This document shows, piece by piece, positions 26,022-38,729 of a stretch of 64,000 nt of DNA (within the stretch, counting starts at the first letter, position 1; each line of letters opens with the position of its first letter). Under the pieces are notes generated by a model that saw nothing but the letters and a program-made list of their open reading frames with translations, did not search any database and was not told the DNA's origin. The stretch is from NCBI RefSeq assembly GCF_001194135.2, contig NC_068982.1:10868898-10932897 (forward strand), written 5' to 3'. Origin of the DNA: Octopus bimaculoides. Lineage: Eukaryota. The position numbers and the translations under genes are program-made.

Positions 26022-26289
26022 TGTGACACTTAAAGGAGTATGCAACTTCCTATAATAATTTTATATGAACTTATTCTATCTAAACCCGAAAACTAAACCT
26101 ATATCTACAAAACAGCTTATGGGCAACCATTAAGATACGCAAACACTTATTTATATATAATCCATAGATGGAATTTATAAATATAGTAATGCAACGCTAC
26201 GCGCGTTTCCACATATTGAATATTTCTTACATTATATCGACACAATTCCGTACAACTCCATGAAACTGCTATTGCAAGTTGGTGTCATT

Positions 26290-26703
26290 AAGCTGTAGCC
26301 GACAAAATAACATATCAGCTTTCATATGCCAGCTTGAAAACGTCTCCTCTTAACGAACTTAAAGGATATTATATATATATATATATATATATATACGGTT
26401 GTAGGAGACACGTTAATCTCACTGGCTTCACTTACTTGTGCAGTGATTTCATTTGCTTTCAGGCGCCTATTTTGAAGACTGGTAACTCTGATGAACTTAT
26501 CCTGTGATTTAGAAGTCACTTTTGGACGACCTGACTAAGCTCTGTCGTTATTTTTTCCTGTTTTATTATACCTTATGATGGCGGGGCGGACGGCAGTGTA
26601 GGAAACGCTTACTATTTTGGCTATCTCACGAAAACTATAGCCTTCACTACGTATTGTTACAGTGTTTTCTCTTTTCAGGTGAGAAATTACTGGTTTTGCT
26701 CAT
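26290..26703 (-). pseudogene. Tc1 transposase N-terminal (paired-like HTH) fragment
   Basis: MSKTSNFSPEKR/fs/TIRSEGYSFREIAKIVSVSYTAV...RYNKTG...DRA*SGRPKVTSKSQDKFIRVTSLQNRRLKANEI...VSPTTV, interrupted by (TA)n and resuming RRRFQAG. Confidence 0.85.
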
Positions 26704-27070
26704 ATTTAGGTTTATTTTTAGAAATCTGACTTATTTGACTTATTTTTAATAATTGAACCTGAAGTGATATTATCTCAACCGACAGCAGTTAAAGAGTACA
26801 AATTATTAAGATGTATTGCAATGTTGCCAAAAAGTGGATGCTAAAATGCTTTGCACAACATTCCCAAATAGGCTTACCGTCAGGAAATATGATTATTTGC
26901 CTATAAAATGTGTCTAAATAGTGTTATTTTATATCGAATAAACCCCATACTTTATGCAATATGTTATTCCATATTTTTATACCAAAATAATTATCTAAAT
27001 CGATGGCATTGAACTAAAAATTCCACTTTGAAACAAATTTTTGTAAGTGATATTAAACTGTTGGATAGTA

Positions 27071-27110
<40 letters not shown>

Positions 27111-27112
<2 letters not shown>

Positions 27113-27356
27113 TGCCGGTGGCACCTAAAAAGCACTATCCGAACGTGGTCGATGCCAGTGCACCCTGACTGGTTCCCGTGCCGGTGGCATGTAAATAGGA
27201 CCTATTACACTCTCGGAGTGGTTGGCGTTAGGAAGGGCATCCAGATGTGGAAACCTTGCCAGATTAGATGGGAGCCCGGTGCAGACTACCGGCTTGCCTG
27301 TACTCAGTCTAACCGTCCAACCCATGCTAGCGTGGAAAGCGGACGTTAAACGACGT
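27111..27356 (+). mobile_element. Short interspersed repeat fragment (family F), probably a retroposon 3' end
   Basis: GC-rich, with internal direct repeat cgtgccggtggca (27111, 27177), and ending ggacgttaaacgacg before a microsatellite. It resembles an abundant octopus repeat I recall; not verified. Confidence 0.55.
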
Positions 27357-27656
27357 CTGTGTATGTGCGTATGTATGTATGTATGTATGTATGTATGCAT
27401 ATGCCTGTGTATGTATGTACGTATGTATGTACGTACGTATGTTTGCATGTATGAATGTATGTATGTATGTATACTTGTTTCTGGTCATCAATGCTCGAGA
27501 CACCTCTGGTCGGGCATACTCTTGGCCGCAGATGATAGAGTTACGATAGTCACTTTTATTTATTTGTGGCATATGAGTTCTTCCATTATATAATCCATTG
27601 CTATCGAGTTGCAATTGGTTGGCATTTCTAGCTTGTCGAGTGACATCAAACGAAGA

Positions 27657-27705
<49 letters not shown>

Positions 27706-28195
27706 ATATATATATCAGCGCAAATGAAACCTACAATTTATAACACACATATGCACACCTATTCATTTATTTATTTTTATTTTTTTTCACTTTATCTTTA
27801 TTTACTTTCAACATATTCTTAACATCTGTTTCCATTCCGATTAAACTTTTACTAATTTTTTGCTTTTTTTTTTTAACATTAGCCTATATTTATACACAGC
27901 AGCACATTCCTATCACATACGCAGATATTCCCTCTATATTTTATCTTTACCAATCCCATTTCTCGTTCCATGCTTAATTTTATTTATCCAGTGTATATTC
28001 ACTTAATTCGACGTTATCTGTTTGCATATTTTCACTTCAAACATTTATCTCTTGCATTTGCTAACTCTCACTCCTCACTCTCACTCTCGTCAATCATTCA
28101 TCACAGCATCTATATTCTTATATCTATCTCTTCCATCATTGCCTTACATAGTTTTTTCTCTTTTTTTTTCTATTTGTTATTATTAAAATATTTTC

Positions 28196-28790
28196 AGGCG
28201 GTGAGCTGGCAGAATCGATAGCACGCCGTGCCAAATGTTTGGCGGTATTTCGTCTGTCTTCGTGTTCTGAGTTCAAATTCCGCCGGTGTCGACATTGCTT
28301 TCATCCCTTCGGGGCCGATGAAATAAGTTGCAGCTGAGTACTAGGGTCGATGTAATCGATTATCCCCCAAATTTCAAGCCTTGTATCTATAGTAGAGAGG
28401 ATCACTAAAATATTTGGAATGTTAAGGTGGCGAACTGGCAAAACTGTTAGCATGCCGGGCGAAATACTTAGCAGTATTTCATCTGTCTTTACGTTCTGAG
28501 TTCAAATTTTGCCGAGGTCGACGTTGCCTTTCATCTTTTCGGGGTCGATAAATTAAGTACCAGTTGCGTACTGGGTCGATCTAATCGACTGACCCCTTCC
28601 CCAAAAGTTTTGGGCCTTGTGCCTAGAGTAGAAAAAAATATATATACTTGGAATGTTGTCTATTTTCAGAATCGTTCGAGCGCTAGCCTTGCAGTACTTC
28701 TGATTTGTTACATTCTAAGGTCAAATTCCGACAAGGCTACCTCTACTCTTCATTCTTTCCCCCAATATTTGCCTATTTTAGAAAGAACTA
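28196..28790 (+). mobile_element. Cluster of tandem SINE family A copies (28196-28400, 28424-28638, degenerate 28665-28790)
   Basis: A/B boxes and tails are recognisable. The second copy is flanked by ttggaatgtt on both sides. Confidence 0.85.
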
Positions 28791-29110
28791 TTAAAATATT
28801 CTGTCATTAATTCTACACGAAGCTGCGTTAGATAAAATATCATTTATAATATATCATTTATAATGTATTTACAAACATAAAACAGCGCTTGTCGGATTTT
28901 GTCGAAGAGCATCTTTGGAGACTTTGTGTTATCGACACAGCTCGCACCGAAAGACGTCATCGGAGATTCAAACGCCAGGTTTTAGCTTAGTTTTGCCTCC
29001 AAAGTTACTGGTCTCCCACTGCCATTTGGAGGTAGAGTGAAACTTTTGTTGCTGTACATAAATCAGCGAACGAAACATTTTCTTTGGAACTTGTCCAAGT
29101 TTAATTTAAC

Positions 29111-29417
29111 GGTTACGATGATTAGGGCTTCAGTCGATCCGATCAACGGAATAGCCTGCTCTTGGAATTAACTTGCAAGTGACTGAGCACTCCACGGACA
29201 CGTATACGCTCGACATATTTCTCATGGAGATTCAGCATGACACATAATGTGACAAGCCTGCCTCTTTGAAATACAAGTACTACTCATTTTTACCAGCTGA
29301 GTGGAGTGGAGTGGAGCAACGTCAAATAAAGCGTCATTCTCAAGGACAGAACACGCCATCAGAAATCGAACTCACAACCTTTCGATCGTGAGCCGAATAC
29401 CCTAACCACTAAGCCAC
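29111..29417 (-). mobile_element. SINE family C
   Basis: Reverse complement of the 5568-5890 family (gatccgatcaacggaa...ccctaaccactaagccacg). Confidence 0.85.
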
Positions 29418-30734
29418 GAATATCCTATCACTAGGTTAAGTTGCTATACGCGACTGAAACGGCCAAAACGGTTTTTAATTCAGCAAATGTTCTCAGTTCT
29501 TAGCAAAAAATCTCACTAGACATCTGCATTTATATTGTTTTTCAGATTATAATCCCTGAAAATAAATATTTCTTCTAAATAATAACTACTACTATAACAT
29601 TTTTCCCTCTCCTTATTTTCAATAATTGTCATCTTCCTCTCTGTGCCTTTCTACATACTATTTTATGCTCCACAGTAACTACTTACTCTGCTTTCTTGTT
29701 TAGTTCCTACTCAATTATATACATAGGTCATATTAACAAATAAATTATACTATCAGTAGAAGAACCTCAATATGAATGTTCATCTTTTTCTGCCCCTTCA
29801 CAATATGTTCGATATTTAACTCTATCTTTTTTTCCAAAGCTCTATATGTTTACTAAATATTCTCTACGTTGTTTCTCCGTTACGTTAGTTTGACAGGACA
29901 GAATCAAACCAATCTGCATATATTATGAATATATTTATTATTGATTATTTTCCTCTTTTGCATCCTTTTCTTTGAGATTAGCCGCTATTTTTACAATTAA
30001 CTTTTCATATATATATATATATATACACGTGTGTGTGCGTGTGTACGTTTGTATGCACACACATACACGTTTGTATAAATAGTATTTCCCTGTAGTGGCC
30101 TCTTTCTTTCAATTTTTTTTCAAATCTGCTTCGTTCTTCCTATTTTGTTTCTGCTCTGACAGTTGCACATTTCATTTGCTAATTTTTCTTGCCTCCACCA
30201 GCTGACATTTCTGTTCTCTAAGGTTTCTACTTGAAACCTTTGGCTTCTCTTTTTTCTCGAGATATAAATTTTATTTCACTCTTTGAATTAATAACGTTTA
30301 GATAGACTTTAAAAATAATACTGATAATAGAGAAGTTACCTGCTGGTTTTCAAAATCCAGTAAACATGTTTCTCATAACTTTAATCCCCCAAATTGTACA
30401 ACAAAGCTATATATTTTTGCTGAGATGACTTTATAGTTATGATCATTTTTTTAATATTTTCTCATCGATGGATGTGTTATCAACAAATGTTTCGATCGAT
30501 ATTCTTGGCAATACTCTACCGATTATATTCTTGAGCTAAGGAATTGAAAAACTGTTTCCAAATTCAATTGCCGGCCTGATTCAGGAATATATTCTAGTGA
30601 CAAGTGAAATGAAGTCTGCCAAAAACTTTCTCTTAGCAACACATCCAAGGTGAAAGCATGGTATGAAAAGCAGACATCACTAAAAACTCCTTTGCTTCAT
30701 CGATATTTCTTGTTTAATATATATTTGATTAATG

Positions 30735-31013
30735 GCCCCCTTCCCAAAAAGTTCGGGCCTTGTGCCTAGAGTAGAAAAGAACATATATTTGATTAATGGC
30801 GGCGAGCTGGCAGAAATTTTAACACGCCGGGCGAAATACTTAGAAATGCTTTCGTCTGTCTTTACGTTCTGAGTTCAAATTCCACCGTGGTCGACTTTGC
30901 GTTTCATACTTTTGGAGTCGATAAATTAAGTCCTAGTTGCGTACTGGAGTCGATCTAATCGACTGGCCCCCTCCCCCATAATTTCGGGCCTTGTGCTTAG
31001 AGTAGAAAAGAGT
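30735..31013 (+). mobile_element. SINE family A tail fragment plus full copy, sharing a triplicated target site
   Basis: atatatttgatta occurs at 30719, 30783 and 31014. Confidence 0.88.
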
Positions 31014-31885
31014 ATATATTTGATTAGCTTCGGAATTGTAATTAAGTATGATAATTGGTAATGATAGTTGTAGAACGAAATTTTGTAGATGACATTTACA
31101 ATTTTAATGAATCAAAAAAGATGGAACTGTTTATTCTAAACCTTATTACAAGTTTTAATTTGTTTTAATATTGCAGAAGCTTAGTCAGAGGAACAGAAGT
31201 ACGCATGACATTTTTGCAGAGTTTATCTGATTGCACTTGAAATGGTTGAAAATACTGAGAGTTCAAATACTTGCAACAAAGTGAACTTCACAAAAGCAAT
31301 TAAAGAATTTAGTGATGTTAGTGGAACCTTCTGTCATCTCCTTCAAAGCCAAGTGCTGTATAAATGAGAATCTTGTCTTTGAAAAATAAGAAAATTAATT
31401 TTAAACGCACAAAATCTTAAAGGCTTTATCGTTGCTTCTATTCTACTTTTTTTTTCGGCATCAGAGACAAATTAATTCAATAGTTTGCTTTGTATTTTAA
31501 AGAAAGAAGGTTTTGTTTTTTAAAGAAAGGTTTTTTTGCGGGAGATTCGGTTGCTGTGTCTAGCAGAATTAGTTCCATCGTTGATTCTCCATTGAAAGTT
31601 TCTATCGAAATTGATTTGTAAACGTTTCCAGTTGAAGAAAGCATGGAATAAAAGGAAAACTACTCAAAGTGCAAATTCCGACGGAAACTGACCTTTCGAT
31701 TCAAATGCATTTCTGTTTTAACAAAACAACGAATTGGATTCTTAAGACTCCACTTAATTCTTGATCTTCATAAAATAAGTGATAATGCAGCAATGAAGTG
31801 TTTTTTGTTGACATTTTGCAATTTGGGGGATAATTTAAACTCGGATCCGCAGGTTAACGAATCGGTTATTAAAATTATATGAGTA

Positions 31886-31942
31886 ATGGTGGTGCTCTAG
31901 CATGGCCGCAGTCAAATGACTGAAACAAGTAATAGAGTAAAA
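31886..31942 (+). mobile_element. Isolated SINE family B 3' tail
   Basis: ggtgctctagcatggccgcagtcaaatgactgaaacaagtaatagag. Confidence 0.75.
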
Positions 31943-32986
31943 AAATGGAAAGGAAGAAACGTGGAACAAATTTCCTTTCAGTATTTAATTAACGCTACGT
32001 ATGTACCGAGTTCATATCTCATTAGGATCTTTCTTACCTTGTATCCAACCGCTGCAACAATAAATACCAATTAAGTACTGGAATTGATTGAATCGAATAT
32101 AATCCCCTCTCAAATCCATGGTCTCACACTTAACTAACTAATTATCATGATATATGCGCTATAATATTAATTAGACACACTTTTCATTCTACGCTGCCTA
32201 AGTTACGTAAAGCAAAAGATGTGGCGTCTGACAAAATACTAAACTTCGCTTCATTGGTTGAGTATCTCTCGGTCGACTCGCCATGACTTCAGCTAAGTAC
32301 AAGTCTGTCAAATTTGTAAAACACTATTTTCATGCTGACTGTTGAATTACGCATTATATTTACAATAATTATATCTTCGAGAGAATTGTAATCAGCTTAT
32401 ATCCAACGTTTGTATTTTCTTCAGGACCTGTAAGTTAGGTTGTCGGGAGGGTGTACAACCATTACCTTAATTTAGATAAAGTTTATGTTAAAATAATGAC
32501 ATTAATTGAGATGTCAAGAGCAGAGATGTCTTTGTAGCTTATGATTGGTTGTAACTAACACCGTTCAGGCAAAGATATGTGGTAGCTATTCACGTGTTAA
32601 TTTGTGTGTGAGTTGACACCAAATAGTTTTCTTCTATTGTAACTCTTTTGAACCGAATGATAACCGTTTCGATAAATTTCATGAAATCTTTTAAGTTCTT
32701 TATCTCTTTAGCCGCTGTAATATAAATATAATTTACGTTTTTAGTGCATTAAAATTTAATGATTTTACTTTTTAATAGCAGTTAACTATATAATTATTCT
32801 GTATAAAAAAAAAAACAAATGAAGATCTTGGAGTTCTGTATGGCGTCTTTTATTCATGTAAGTTTCTTAAGTTTCGTCATAAAGTTCTAACTAATAATCA
32901 ACCTGAAAGTTAGAAAACTATTGCTTCTTCCTGGAGAAAGCTAATTTCTCAACCTTATGTTATAGTTATTCTGTAAGCAAGAGAAG

Positions 32987-33041
<55 letters not shown>

Positions 33042-33851
33042 TTGTTTATAGAATCGTATGTGTTGTGTAAAATCTAACCTTCAGTTGCCAATTTCATTGC
33101 CATACATTTCGAGCAGCGTTTACTCAAATTCGCATTAAAAGTTTTAAAATATCCTTGTATCTTCATATTCTGTAAATTTTAATTGAATTCTTTCAAATTT
33201 TGAATTAACTTCCATCTTTTTTTTTTATTATCTTTTGCACATAATAATAGCAATCGATTTTCTCTATTGTAAAACTTGTTGCCTATAGGTCTTGCCTTTG
33301 GTTAAATTATGCACCAAAATCTGAAAATAGCATTAGATGTCTGTGAGTCTTAGCGGGGAATAAATTATGCACCAAAATACAGTGCTATTTTTTTGAGATA
33401 TTATTGGAAATTTTGTTTCAGTCTTTGCGTTCATCATTTTGACGACAAAAACAAAACTGGTTTCCCTCTAAAAACCCAGAGAAAAAGTTATATAATGAAT
33501 CGAGAAAAAAGCTACATAGAAATTGAGAACGCTAAAACAAACACAAAATAAAATCACAAGAGAGCTGTGCATATTTAAATAATGAGAAGCTGTATTTTCC
33601 GTTTGCATCAAAGAAATTCTTATGGTGGAGTATTTTTGTAGGTAGCAAAATGTAATCAGATCGAATCTTTACCATTTCGTTTCCACACAATGTCAAAACC
33701 AAATAGCAGTAAAGTAAAGCCAATTTGATTTAAAAGAAAAGTATATATGATTACTTCACAGTTCATAAATTGAACAAGTAAAAGAGTAAAAGAGTAGATA
33801 TTCCTTGTTAAACACGTTTTATTTTCATATCTCTCGACATTTCTAAAATTC

Positions 33852-33887
<36 letters not shown>

Positions 33888-34337
33888 GAGAAGGGGAGAA
33901 AGACAAGAAAAGAGAGCGAGCGAAAGATCAGTCGATAGATAGATAGACAGACAGCAGACAGATTCTTAGATGTCTGTCGAACATTTACAAATCATGTCTA
34001 TTACAATCGGAAACTAGTGGCTTGCTTTCGATTATTTAGCGATTACACTCACATATATATATATGTGTGTGTACATGTTTCAAAATAAGTGTATGCAAGC
34101 TTTGCGTCCGTGACATATTGCACTTTTCAAATACTAAACAGACTGAAATAATGAGCTTAGACAATTAAACAAATTTTCTTTCGGAATAATTTTTTGCTTA
34201 TTGCTGCATACGAAAGAATTAATTCCACTTGAAGGAAGTAGACGGTGATTCTGCTAAATTGAATAATGAAATATAATTTAGGTAAGTGTCATTTCTTTCT
34301 TTTAGGCAGATGCAATGGAACAGATATTTTGTATATT

Positions 34338-34551
34338 CGTTTCTATTCTAGGCACAAGGCCTGAAATTTTGTCGGGAGGGGACCAGTCGGTTAGATCGAC
34401 TCCAGTGCGCAACTGATAATTAATTTATCGATCCGAATAGGATTGAAGGCAAAGTGGACCTCGGCGGAATTTGAACTCAGAACGTAAAGACAGACGAAAC
34501 ACCGCTACGTATTTCGCCCGGCGTGCTGACGTTTCTGCCAGCTCACCGCCT
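34338..34551 (-). mobile_element. SINE family A (A1) with exact 17-bp TSD
   Basis: cagatattttgtatatt occurs at 34321-34337 and 34552-34568. Confidence 0.92.
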
Positions 34552-34575
34552 CAGATATTTTGTATATTATCATAT

Positions 34576-34990
34576 AGACGTAGGAGTGGCTGTGCGGTAA
34601 GTAGCTTGCTTACGAACCACATGGTTCCGAGTTCAGTCCCACTGTGTGGCACCTTGGGCAAGTGTCTTCTACTATAGCCTCGGGCCGACCAAAGCCTTCT
34701 GAGTGGATTTGGTAGACGGAAACTGAAAGAAGCCCGTCGTATATGTGTATATATATGTATGTGTGTGTGTGTATGCGTTTGTGTGTCTGTGTTTGTCCCC
34801 CCAACATCGCTTGACAACCGTTCCTGGTGTGTTTACGTCTCCATAATTTAGTGGTTTGGCGAAAGACCGATAGAATAAGTACTAGGCTTACATAGAATAA
34901 GTCCTGGAGTCGATTTGCTCGACTAAAGGCGGTGCTCCAGCATGGACGCAGTCAAGTGACTGAAACAAGTAAAAGAGTAAAAGAGTAAAG
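34576..34990 (+). mobile_element. SINE family B, complete copy
   Basis: Head, CORE-like gcaccttgggcaagtgtctt, internal (TA/TG) tract, and tail gactgaaacaagt(aaaagagt)n. Confidence 0.92.
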
Positions 34991-37134
34991 AGTATACATG
35001 TATTGGTCTGATAAGTTCGTGTCACACTAGGAATTACAGATAGACATTGTCTGAAACAACCAGCAAAAATATGCTCACTCCTCTCACGATATGTGTATTT
35101 TCTTTCTTATTCTGTTCGCTTATGTTGTATTCTAGGTTTATCTCCAATTATTAATTTGCTATGTTCCCTTAAGCGGATTCTTGATGTTTCTCATGAGTTG
35201 TGTTCATGTCTTCTGAGATCGAAAGGACAGCTTAACAGGGTGTGATCTTTTTCTATTATCAAAAGCGTTTATGCAACGTAATCTGATGCAATGAGCAAAT
35301 AATTAATAGCATAATGTGTCTTGAGTAAAATAAGTCTTTTAAAAAAATCTAATATGCGAATACACGTGGTGACAAGTGAAACATTATAGGTGGTTGTGTA
35401 TAAAAGGGAAAATTCACAAATCGATATCAATATATGGAAAAAGCTTCTTTTTGTTTACTAATGACGTTCTTGAAAACGGTATAAACTTTGCAACATCCTT
35501 CCCAAAATATGTACACTTTATCTTTAGACGACAAATATTTGTTAATTTATGCAAGAATGAAAATCGCACAACAAGAAGTAAGCTACTGACAAGCAGAGTT
35601 ATCTTTCAGGATCCGTTTTATTTCTCACGTGTTAATGATACACTGTAGTGTGTAATAAAGTCATAATATTTCCTATCTATCCTGATATAAAAAAACGTAA
35701 ACATTGTGTTTTGAAAAACTGCATCTACGTTAAACCAAACATAGCGAACGAATTTTATTAATACGGTTATTACTATAATGAAAACATACGTTAATGTTTT
35801 CATAGCTTATGAAATTAAATTATTTGTGGAAATATATTCCAGAAAAGTTTGCATTAGTTTCCGAAAATAAATCGATTAGATATCCTCATTCAATATACAA
35901 CGGCTCTCAGTAAGAAGGATTTCAGGATTAATGTTCCTTACTTGAGGAAATATCTTTGTAACCATGTCGCTATACTTCTCTGCTGGAGAAAAGCTATAAA
36001 AGCAGTTGTTTCTTTTAAAAAATCTTTGTCAGAAACCAAAATAGTTCACAAAAATCGATTTTTCCCATCGTTCTATTACTCTGTGTAAGAACATTTTTTA
36101 TCTATAACATTAAGCAAAATATTGAAGTGTTCTACTTGCAATTTTTAGGTTGTTTTAAAGATAAGAAAACAACCAAATGTGTTACTGACTTAAAGAACGT
36201 CTAACTTATACATTCAACGGATTAGTTGATAAAAAGATGCATTTCTAAAGTATGGAAAAGCCTGAACCAATAAAAGTTCATTTAATAGGATAAAATATTT
36301 CAATAAAGTTGCTAAATCGGGCATGTGTTTCAAATGAATATAGAAATACCAAGTCATTCGGACTAGAAGCAAAAAATATAGAATTTAATCTTTTTGACGT
36401 GACGTAGATTTGTACAGAAATATTCGTTTCAATATACATTTATATTTACATGAAGAAATATTTAGTAATAACTCATTTTTCTCAGCAATATTTTATGAGC
36501 TTCTACCTAGGTAACAAATACTTTTTAATATACACAATGTTTAATAAATTCATACTAAATTAGTCAAGTTCATAATACTGAAATGCTATTGTAATAATCG
36601 ACGATAAAATACCGTTTCGAATAACATTCAGAAGTATCTTTTTTCAGTACTTGGATCCAAACTACGCTTTAAACTTTGAATCGTGCTATCACAATTTCCA
36701 TTTCACTTACTTTTAATCTACCGAGATTGATTATATTAATTTCAGAACAATAACCATAAAACTATTGTGCAATGGTTTTATTTTGAAACCAATATATCAG
36801 TTCCGATGCAGTCTTAATGTTGCCAGGGAGTAAATGAATACCTTTTCAACTTGCTGGGCAAAAAAGCTTTCATACAAAATAAACTGAAGAGTCCTGACTG
36901 CGAACAGGTAAAACAATTTTTAAACATATACCGACCCTTATAGTTACTTATAAATATTATATGTTAGCATTTAAATGGTATTTCTATAGAAGAGTTTATC
37001 GTTTTCCCAAAACATTGCTGATCGAAAATGGGATGAGGACGATTAAAATTTCAGCTTAAAAAATCTAAACTAATTCCAAGTTACTTACGTGAATCGTTTT
37101 TTTATTTATCGTAAGTTTTACTTTGTATTATTAT

Positions 37135-37595
37135 TCTTTTCTATCCTAGACACAAGGCCCGAAATTTTGGGGGAGGGGGGTCAGTCGATTAGATCCGCGC
37201 CAGTACGCAACTGGTACTTAATTTATAGACCCCGAAAGAATGAAAGGCAAAGTCGACCTCAGCGGAATTTGAGCTCAAAACATGGAGACAGACGAAATGC
37301 CGCTTAGTATTTCTCCTGGCGTGCGAACGTTTCTGCCAGCTCGCCGCCTGCTTCGTATTATTATTATCATCATCATTAGTAAGGCAGTGAGTTGGTAGAA
37401 CCGTTAGCATGCCAGGCAAAATGCTTATCAGCATTTCACCACTCTATGCTCTGAGCTCAAATGCCGCTGAGATCGACGTCGCCTCATTTTTCCTTTTGAG
37501 GTCGAAAAAAAGCTGTACCTGTTGAGCACTGGGGTCGATGTAATCGACTCACTCCCTTCCCCAAACGTGCAGGTCTTGTGCCAAAATTTGAAACC
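37135..37595. mobile_element. Head-to-head pair of SINE family A copies (37135-37348 minus, 37380-37595 plus)
   Basis: Both A/B-box heads are recognisable, with a spacer of about 31 bp. Confidence 0.85.
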
Positions 37596-37689
37596 AGTAT
37601 TATCTTCATCACTTGGAATTTTCTTTTAATTAAGGTTCAATTCTTTTCTTCACTCATATTCAGCAGGTACAATAGGATACTTATAAACA

Positions 37690-38100
37690 GTAGACATGGA
37701 GGGTTTTGATAAGGTTAAGGGTTGTCATAGATGTGTGTTAGTTACAAGGGAACAGAAGGTGAGAATGTCAAAATATTTAAGTGGATATGATTGGTGGGAA
37801 GTAAGTTTTGATAAGAACGAACTGCCAGACTTTGTAACATATAAAATGTTGTTGGAGGACTTTGGTGGGGACATTCTAGAAGGATCAAAGTATGAGAGAA
37901 GTTAAAGGGAAGAAATAAAGTTGCCTGGAAGTGGGGCCGGGTAGCGCCACCATTGTTTTTTTCTCATTTTCATTGTCGTTCATATCCTCATACGTTTTGT
38001 GCGATTTCTTTTCTTGTTTTTCTTTTTATTTTCTTGTTTTATGTCCCCACATGAACATGTATTTTCCCCTCTATGTTCGCCCCTAATGGGTAATCAGAAA
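37690..38100 (+). mobile_element. Possible decayed non-LTR retrotransposon 3' end
   Basis: A purine-rich 69-codon ORF, then a pyrimidine-rich UTR-like tract ending cccctctatgttcgcccctaatgggtaatcagaaa, similar to the SINE A2 tail. It shares tagaaggatcaaa with the minus strand near 63650. Confidence 0.35.
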
Positions 38101-38689
38101 ATCACAATAGGATACTTATGAAAGCGATGGATTTGTAGAAGCACAAAAGTCAGACAAATTTCTTTTTGAGTTATTTGTTCCGGATCCTAACATTCCAAGT
38201 TCAAATCCCGTCGAAAACAGTTTTATCTTTCATCCTTCGATGGAAAATAAAGTCGATATGATAAAGTACCTGTGAAGTATTGCTGTTAATTTATCCACTG
38301 TCCATCTGTGTTAACATGGGGCGATTAGCAGCAGTACAGTCCAAAATCTCTATCCAACTCATGGCAGGACGTAAAACAAAATGGCACACCGGTTAGTATG
38401 TACTGTGATTATATGAATATTGTCTAACGCAGGGTAACTAAATTACTACTAATACACCACATGCACACATTTCATCAGGCTCTCTCGCTTCCTCTCCCTC
38501 ACTCACTTTTAAGATTGGACTCTCTTAAAGAGGTCCAACGGAAAAGACACTCAAGTTCTTAAGATCCTTCACAAAACATTATTTCATCACACTCACACAT
38601 TTCAAATTATCGTATAATGTATTTACCTTATTGCATATATTTGTTCAAATGACACTCTAGAATATACGTGTGCGTGTATGTATGTGTGG

Positions 38690-38729
<40 letters not shown>

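Noticed and set aside
30400-30700. Minus-strand peptide FSDVCFSYHAFTLDVLLRESF reminiscent of the hAT C-terminal dimerisation region (similar EFSDV at about 31300 plus)
   Set aside because: The similarity is short and from memory, with stops and frameshifts and no TIRs found.
32033-32055. Minus-strand 14-nt micro-exon-like ttgcag|CGGTTGGATACAAG|gtaaga
   Set aside because: It lies within a degenerate SINE A copy.
36884-36920. CTGAAGA-GTCCTG...CAGG hammerhead-like relic
   Set aside because: GAAA is absent and stem I is only A/T runs, so it is too degenerate to call.
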